Assembly: GCA_964035545.1 (NCBI GenBank) | Contig: OZ037773.1 | Coordinates: forward strand, 3,873,751 to 3,937,750 | Source: Bugula neritina | Taxonomy: Eukaryota; Animalia; Bryozoa | Length of the DNA: 64,000 nt | Reading direction: 5' to 3' | Part shown: positions 56,493-64,000 of the stretch, one piece after another | Position numbering within the stretch: the first letter of the stretch is position 1 | Layout: each line of letters starts with the position of its first letter | Translations under genes and position numbers: made by a program | The notes under the pieces: generated by a model | The model's input: the letters and a program-made list of their open reading frames with translations, nothing else | The model's database searches: none | Told to the model about the DNA's origin: nothing

Positions 56493-57026
56493 TTGGACAA
56501 GATATGGATCTGCAACTGTTGCAAAAATTGATGTGGTGAAGGAAGATAAGCCTGTTGAGGCAGAAGAGCCCAAGTGGGGAACAGGAAAGATGGCTGGAGA
56601 TGAGATGGTGGTGAAAGAAGATGAGGCTGTTATAAATGGACAGGCAGATCGTGATATCAAAGGTTCAGAAAAAGTCGATAAAATTGAGCATGACAAGGAA
56701 AGCAATGATACTACAAAGGTGGTCAATAAAAATGGATTGGTAGAAGCTGGAGAGGAGATCACTAATAATGGATATATTAATGGTGAGTTAGTGTTGAGCA
56801 TAGATACGTAAACTTATATTTCCTCCATATAGCATCTGAAGATTCTGAAGATGTCTCAAGTCGCATCATTTGTACCCTGTGATGTATGATGTATGATATA
56901 CTATAAGAAAAACTGACAATCCTCTTCGTTGTAGGAGAAAAAGTGACAAGAGAGGGAAATTCTAGACAAAAAAGATTTAGAAAGTTCTTGCAGAGGGTGT
57001 GTTGTTGTGCACCAGAGAACGACTAG
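56493..57026 (+). CDS. Small acidic, low-complexity protein with a C-terminal basic helix and CCC (5' end uncertain)
   Basis: Exons 56493-56782 and 56935-57026 splice in frame to give ...VVKEDKPVEAEEPKWGTGKMAGDE...NNGYING/EKVTREGNSRQKRFRKFLQRVCCCAPEND*. A possible upstream micro-exon lies at 55835-55864. Confidence 0.6.
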
Positions 57027-57414
57027 TGTAATTCCTTTGTGTTTTTATATAATGTTATCATGGGTGTCTAGCTACTTTTTTGTATATAATTTGATAATAA
57101 AATAATACAGTGCCATACGTAATATATTATAATGCTAATAGACATTTTAATTGGTGCAAACACTGAAATTTCACTTGAATAAAAAACCATTCTTTACCTG
57201 GAATGATATATGATAGCAACACCTACTTTCCATGTTTCTACTTGTGCCATGTTATAGTGAACAAGATCATATTCTAAACATTTATTGCAAAGTAGTGCAT
57301 GAAATATATAAACATAGAAATCAAATTAAAACACCTAAACATTTAATATGCAATATTGAAAAGTCTGCATATTATATAATATAAAATACTAAGATGTACC
57401 AGAAGCTATAAATC

Positions 57415-57560
<146 letters not shown>

Positions 57561-58047
57561 GTATCTTTTTATACCTACTAGCTCTAGCATCTATAGCATG
57601 TCGTATTTAATGCCACATGAAACCTTCTTGCTGGTATGACAGCCAACTTATAATTTTCTAAATTTATAGAAAGACTAATTTTACAATTCAAATTGATTGA
57701 GTGCATGGATATTTAAATTAATCTTTTTGCTCAATAAATATCCTCTTTGGTTTCATTCATACTGATTATATATCAACTGTGTGCTGAACATATGGCATAA
57801 TTGTAGTTATTTTGTTACAATAAAGAGTAGTAACTCTAGATTAAAGATATAAACAAATTGTCTCAATACAAATTTACAGGTATTTACTTTTCAAGTATAA
57901 AATGTTAGTAATAATATAAATTAGTATTTAATTACATTCAAGAGACTCAATTCTGTTGTGACACCTCTGATAGTTGGTAATCTAAGATATAATGCCATTA
58001 TGTGTTTAATCACTAAAAAATTATGCCAATGGAGAATTGGTGAGGTA

Positions 58048-58206
58048 GGTGCAGTAATGGAGAAATTGAGAAAAGCCTGTGTTCTAGATTAGAAATGTAG
58101 CAAAAGAAGTTATGTTCTTGCAAGAATTTAAACCTGCATCCCAAACCAAAATTTAATAAAATAGTTAAAGAAGTTAGGTTATCTCAATTTCTCCACTACT
58201 GCTCCT
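58048..58206. mobile_element. Small MITE-like inverted-repeat element
   Basis: gcagtaatggagaaattgaga ... tctcaatttctccactactgc inverted ends; TTAA on the right side only. Confidence 0.45.
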
Positions 58207-58475
58207 TAATGGAATTATACTTCTGAGTCATCTCGGAGCTTACAACCTCCAGCAGGACGGATTACCACACAGACCACGGCTTGCAAGCAGACATCATAGT
58301 GGTTATATGGGGGATTGCTTATGATGACCAAAAATACCAATTCAAAACATATAATTACCAGAACAATAAGGAAACAATTATTTATCTATCATTATAACAA
58401 ATAAAACAGTAAATTAGTAAAAGTAAGGCAAAAAATGATGATATAAAAAATTAGACAGTTGGAATGCATCTTGTG

Positions 58476-61400
58476 TTATTTGATGGTTAATGTCCTAATT
58501 TTTGTTTGAGTACCACAATCAGCTGTTTTTGGCCTTTGTGCTGAATAATCTATGAATTCTAGTTCAGTTTGGGTGGATTGACTTTTTGTGGATATTTCTG
58601 GAGCTGAGGCAACTTTGCTAGAGCAAGCTGGGTCAAAGGGGGTTGGTGATAATGATAGTGGGGTAGATAGGGGAGATGGTGTTGTGGCTTGAGTTGATGG
58701 CACTGAAGGATGTGTAATTGTCGATGATAGTGTTAAAGATTGTATTGATGGTGTTGAAGGTTGTGGTAGTGGTGTTGGAGAGTGTGCTGATGGTGTTGGA
58801 GAGTGTGCTGATGGTGTTGGAGAGTGCGCTGATGGTGTTGGAGAGTGCGCTGATGGTGTTGAAGGTTGGGTTAATGGTGTTGGAGATATGATTGGTGACT
58901 TTAAAGAGAGCGCTAATGATTTTGAGACTTTAGCTGATGATGTTGAAAACCGCGTTGATGGTGACGATCGATCAGAGTTTTCTTCCTCTCTAGGTATGTC
59001 AGGAAAAAAAAACTGCCAATACAGCTCCACTAATGCCTCCAATCAACGTACACAGCATTCCTTTTGTCTTGTAGCTACTCCTAGTCTTTTTACATTTGGC
59101 TGTAAACACACATGTGAAACATAAGTTAACATGCAGTTAGAACTGGTACTAGGGGATATATGTTATATGTATAGCATGTAACATTTTTAACATATTGCTG
59201 TCAGTATAATATATGCATTGCAAATTCACATGTTAAGAATTAATTCAAGTCATAGAAATATTTTTTTTATTTTTTGCAAATAAATAGTTTTAAAACTATA
59301 AGGCTAGTTGTAGCTGAAAATAACGTATAGCATTAAAACTCATAATCATGATACTTACATTTTGACTTCTTATTGTTGGCTTTTTTTAGCTTTTTGCACT
59401 TGATTTCAATTCTTAACAAATCAACGACAGTTGTCTGTTGAGTGGGTGCTGCTGTAGCAGTATTTATGGTAGATAAGTTTGAAATGGTTGTAGAATTTGA
59501 AGGAAAAGCTAAAGCTAAATAGAAAAAAAAGTGCAAGAAAAAACATCAAAATAATATGACAAAGCAAACCAATAAGTTTCAATAGATTATATATACAGTT
59601 TGCCGCTGAGTGTGGCCAATTGCATAATCTTTCAAAAGAATTGGCTCAATACATCTTGCAACAGGTTCTCTAAATCTTGCTTCTATTGAATACATAATTT
59701 CAGCTTATTGCAGCCTGTTTTATATAAATATTATTTTAAATACACAGCCAACTAACATAACAAAGCCATATGTTGCATTACTACAATGTGTTGCACGCAT
59801 AAAAGTGAGAATTGTCTTACATGTGTCAAACTGGCTGACATTGAAAGAAGCGTCAGTCTCCTGTCCATATAACATCTTCCTGTATAACAAGCATTTTGTA
59901 AAAAGACATTTAGCAGCAAGAGCACTATCTTAAAGAAAAATTTGCAATAAAAAAGTTAAGACAACAACTTAAGTATTTTTGTGAGTAATAATGCAAATGC
60001 ATGTTTAGGCTTTTACTAAAAATATTTTTGCTCAAAATCGGTCCTATAACTTTTCAAACAATTAAAATTTGATATTTTAAATTTACTTTGGAGACAGGGA
60101 TGTAGTGGCAAAAATATTCTAGGCCATACTCTCAGGCCGGGGGTCCAGGGGGCCGCCCAGGCCCCCGGCGGGGTCCGGGGCAGCGCCCCGGCCGCCGAAG
60201 CCCTCAGAGCGCTTCTGATACAAATTTATGCAATTTAAAGCCATTGTGAATTATAATTCTTCTGAAAAAAATATGTGTTGAAATGTGCACCTCGCTATTA
60301 TTTTCATACCATACCAGCTACATGACGACTGGGCATTGCTGCAAACTACATAAATATTCAGTCTTGTCCCATACCTGTTGACTGTAATGTAATGTAATGT
60401 AGTCTTACTCAACTGCAGTTAGGTTTGTTCTGACACTAAGTCCAACCTGTACAGAAAAATTGCTGAAGAGCTCAAAAAGATGGAAGGATAGAGACAGGTA
60501 ACAAGTGCTCTCCAAATGTAACCTGATTACTTCAAATATCTAATACACTGACGTGCACAGAAAAAGAATTATAGATCAGGACAGAGGAAGATTGCAAATC
60601 GGAAAATGTGTGTTGGTTATTTATAAAAAGCAATTTGAATTGATAACTCATTGGTTGAAAACCTATTTGGAGTTTATTAGAATACTAGTCTAATCCATAA
60701 GGAGATACCACCACACCTCCTTACACACAATAAAGCACACCTAAGAATAGTATGTTAACTTAGTTTTAAAGTAAAACCCCTGAGCTTCCACTAGACACAT
60801 CAAGGAAATATACCCCAAAAGAACAAATTTGACAGGTTCAATATGTGTTAACCTAGGAGATGATTAAATGTAAAGCCAGACGGTAGTACAATCAAACATA
60901 AAAGGTTACTTATGGTGGTGTTCAGTTTGCAAAACCTCATTGCATTGATCATTAACATGCAATAACGCAACCAAAATGTGGATATAGTACCTGTAGACCT
61001 CAGTGATAAATTTTCATTAACCTCTCCTACACACCTGGTACTGTTTGCTGAAGACATTTTGATTTTATTTCTGGATTTCAAGTTGGTTTTTTTTTCAAAT
61101 TTCATTGCTTATTGACAAAATGCAAGTCTACACAAGATAGATAAGGGCAACCTTCTAGCTGTCACTGCCTTGCTGAGGCCACATTATTGGTATATTATAA
61201 GAATTCAGTCCCGCCAAATAAAACCATACTTAGCCTAATTGTGCTAGAATTAAAATTTAAAAACTATGCTTTAGATCTTCCTGTTCCTCAGAGCACCTGA
61301 TTTTTCAAATTTTCAATATTTTTTTGCAAGGTTATAGACAAAAATCTACTATTTTTGGCCAATTTTACCTGAAAAGTTTATTTTTCAATCCCTGCCAAAT

Positions 61401-62548
61401 ATCTCAGCAGGAAAGCATGGTATTTGAATAAAACAAACACTGTCGGAAACCTGAGAAATTTATGCATAGCAAACTTTCTTATCTTTTCAATAGCCTTCAT
61501 AGATTTTCTACAAGTTAGTGATTTATACACTGAAGTTGAAATATTTTTTCCTTAGTAATCACTAATGCGCAGCATTTCGCGCTTCAGTGAACACGTAGAG
61601 ATGAGAAGATGGAATGTTGATAGCTGCTTATATTCATAGTGTAATCTCAGGCTAAACAATCACAAGTAGGCAACACGCATGCCACCCACATAGCATTAAC
61701 ATACCAAGAACTTAAACTAGATTATGAGCGAAATTTATGATAGTCTCAGTGAGGATGCCCTAACTATCCTGTGCACTAATCAGTAACACTTTCAAAAAAT
61801 ATATGCCCATACGGGCGTATGGCCAAGAACAGCCTATTTTCTTTTAGGCCATACGGCGTATGGGACCGTATGGGTACCACTACATCCCTGTTTGGAGATG
61901 ACGAAGGCACTTATACAAAAAACTGACAAATCTAATGAAGTTAAATGCTTTTTTTAGATTGCATACCAGGGTTGGGGTCAGTTACCTATAAATGCAATCA
62001 ATTACAATTACAATTATATGGTAATGTAATTATTTACAATATTGCAATTACTTTTGTTCTCACGAGGAACAAATGGAAGTTATGTAACTTCATTTCTGGA
62101 GTCCAACTATCTGGGGCAATTTTGATAACTGAGAATCTTCTTTTTCTCAACAGTGATTAATAGGGTGATACAAAACCACATTTAATTAATCTGAACTTTT
62201 TGTTAACCAATAAGCATTGTAGGAAAAGTATGAATTTTATAAGATTTAAAAATTTGAAGTAGTTGTTATGCAATTGTAAAAATCATTTACATTGACTTTG
62301 TAATTAATTATAATTACATATAAAATTACTTTTTTATACATCAATATTGCAAATTATATTCAATTAGTTGAAAAAATGTGATTAGTTACAACTAATTACA
62401 ATTACAATTACCCCAAACCTGCTGTATGCCTTCAGACTACTGCTTAGCACTATGAATACTTTTCTATTAAGTTTCACAAATCTTGCAAAACTTACCCATA
62501 GAAAATCAGGATCAGTACCGCAAGAGTTGAACCATTTATAGCAGCCAT
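58476..62548 (-). CDS. Putative secreted or single-pass membrane protein with S/T-rich stalk and S/P-rich tail; frame break at a T9 run
   Basis: Signal-peptide-like MAAINGSTLAVLILIFYG/ALA (ATG 62548), exons near 59924-59821, 59704-59598 and 59510-59420 (FPSNSTTISNLSTINTATAAPT), hydrophobic MLCTLIGGISGAVLAVFF near 59060, then a long S/P-rich ORF with PSAHSPT 21-bp repeats. Middle splice junctions are not fully resolved. Confidence 0.5.
60095..61890. mobile_element. Non-autonomous hAT DNA transposon (1796 bp)
   Basis: Perfect 14-bp TIRs cagggatgtagtgg / ccactacatccctg; perfect 8-bp TSD tttggaga; subterminal ccatacg repeats; no transposase ORF seen. Confidence 0.92.
61967..62421. mobile_element. 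hAT-like MITE with subterminal (caatta)n repeats
   Basis: Ends cagggttggggtca ... taccccaaacctg; degenerate 8-bp TSD ttgcatac/ctgtatgc. Confidence 0.7.
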
Positions 62549-63050
62549 TATGTCACAGGAAGAAATCAGGCAGTTGTGAATCAGTAGTTAGTATTTTCTC
62601 GTTTAGTATCTACAAAGATCACATCTTTCTGCTACAGCATTTCATTCTACTGATGTAGAAACTAATATTAGATAAACTCATACTATATATCTGGTCACAC
62701 AAAGCAGGACTTATACAAAATTGGTTTTTAGTGCAGTGTTTGCTTTGGTAGGGTAAAGTAACATATACGAAACTTTTTATCCACATGTAAAGCATAACTG
62801 CCTATTCTACACTTAATGGACATTCTAAAAAATGCACATACCATTTTATAAATTATGCTCCTCTGCTAATACCCCTTCACAGTACCCTTTCAATAATACC
62901 CCCTCTGCTAGCGTCACTTTATAACTTTCTACATTCTCAAACAATGACTCTCTATATGCAGCAAACTACGAACATCCCTCTACAAAACTTTTTCACCAAC
63001 ACTCTCTCTGATGAAAAAAAAACTCACGCAAAGTTTATATAGTCACTATT

Positions 63051-63234
63051 CCTGTGACAAACCCTGATGGAAAGGGTTTTTGTTAAAGCGAGCTAAAAAC
63101 TTATTTAAATGAAGCACAGGAGCAATTATGACTAGATGCTCTCCCTAACATCACCAATGGCCTTTGTCCGGGCTCGAACCCATGACCTCAGGTTTACTAG
63201 GCAAACGCTCGAACCCCTACACCACGGCTGCTCC
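63051..63234 (-). mobile_element. tRNA-derived SINE, family A (best-preserved copy)
   Basis: The minus strand reads ggagcagccgTGGTGTAGGGGttcgagcg...GGTTCGAGCCC (pol III A and B boxes), followed by a body shared with 2905-3105. Confidence 0.8.
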
Positions 63235-64000
63235 TTCTCTGATACAGTATCCTTATATCTTTTTTCAGTCTCTAACAACATCCTCCTAATATTTTGATAT
63301 CTTTCTACATCTACACTTTTCTACACCTCTTTATATCTCAATCCACACACTCCCCGGATATCTTATACCCCTCTTATACATTGGTTTTTGCAAATCATAT
63401 GACCTGTTTTGAGTAGAAATAATATACTGTAGAAAAATTCTAACTGCAATGCAAAATATATTAGCTAAATTATATAATTTATTTTCTGAATGACTGTTGA
63501 AATGTTTAAAAACAACCAATGTCCATCTGCAGAAGATAAATTACAACTGTATATAACTGTATTATAAAACGCAATTCAACAAAGTTTAATAATAAGGCTC
63601 TGATAGCAAAAAAAGGTGAAGATAGTTTTAAAAAAACTCTACGGCATAGAAAAATGTGATTGTTTACATTTTGGCACAAGTATTAGACTTTACTATAAGA
63701 TACATAAAATACTCACATGTTATGCTCAGTGCATCTTGGTTTTATTGGTTTTATTTACTGTAAATGAGATGTGCTTAGCTACTGAGTGGCTTGCATTCCT
63801 TATAAAAATTGATGTACTAACACAAAATGTATGCTCATTGTTCTTTTAGAATAATATTACTGAATGGAGGAGACGCTATGCTGTGTGTACTTAGTGAAAA
63901 TTTGAGGCCTAGCTGGATAATAAGTCTTACATTACCTTTACCTAGCAACAAGCCATGTATGGAATCTGTTGTAGTGATACAGCTACATTACACTGTATTT

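Overview
This is AT-rich, intron-rich eukaryotic DNA, probably from an invertebrate metazoan (inference). Most ORF-track entries are exon fragments or translated microsatellites. Manual splicing gives three head-to-head gene pairs. (1) Two divergent Bcl-2-fold-like paralogues (<1..1818 minus, 2685..7425 plus) share identical exon sizes and an 866-bp ATG-to-ATG spacer. (2) CEBPZ/MAK21 (minus) faces a serine palmitoyltransferase small subunit gene (plus) whose coding intron is U12-type. (3) VIPAS39 (minus) faces a divergent AP-4 mu-like adaptin (plus). Next come a TRIM-like gene with a degenerate RING and a PPxY motif, a small acidic protein ending in a basic CCC tail, and a secreted or membrane S/T/P-rich gene with a frame break at a homopolymer. 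Mobile DNA includes an ISL2EU/PIF-Harbinger-type foldback element with 1077-bp arms, an Academ remnant with a nested RTE fragment, a CR1/L2-like LINE fragment, hAT non-autonomous elements and two tRNA-derived SINE families. There are also many intronic minisatellites and long (TA)n and (TG)n tracts. The top candidate for an undescribed system is the head-to-head pair of non-canonical Bcl-2-like genes. All family assignments come from motif recognition by eye; no database searches were run.
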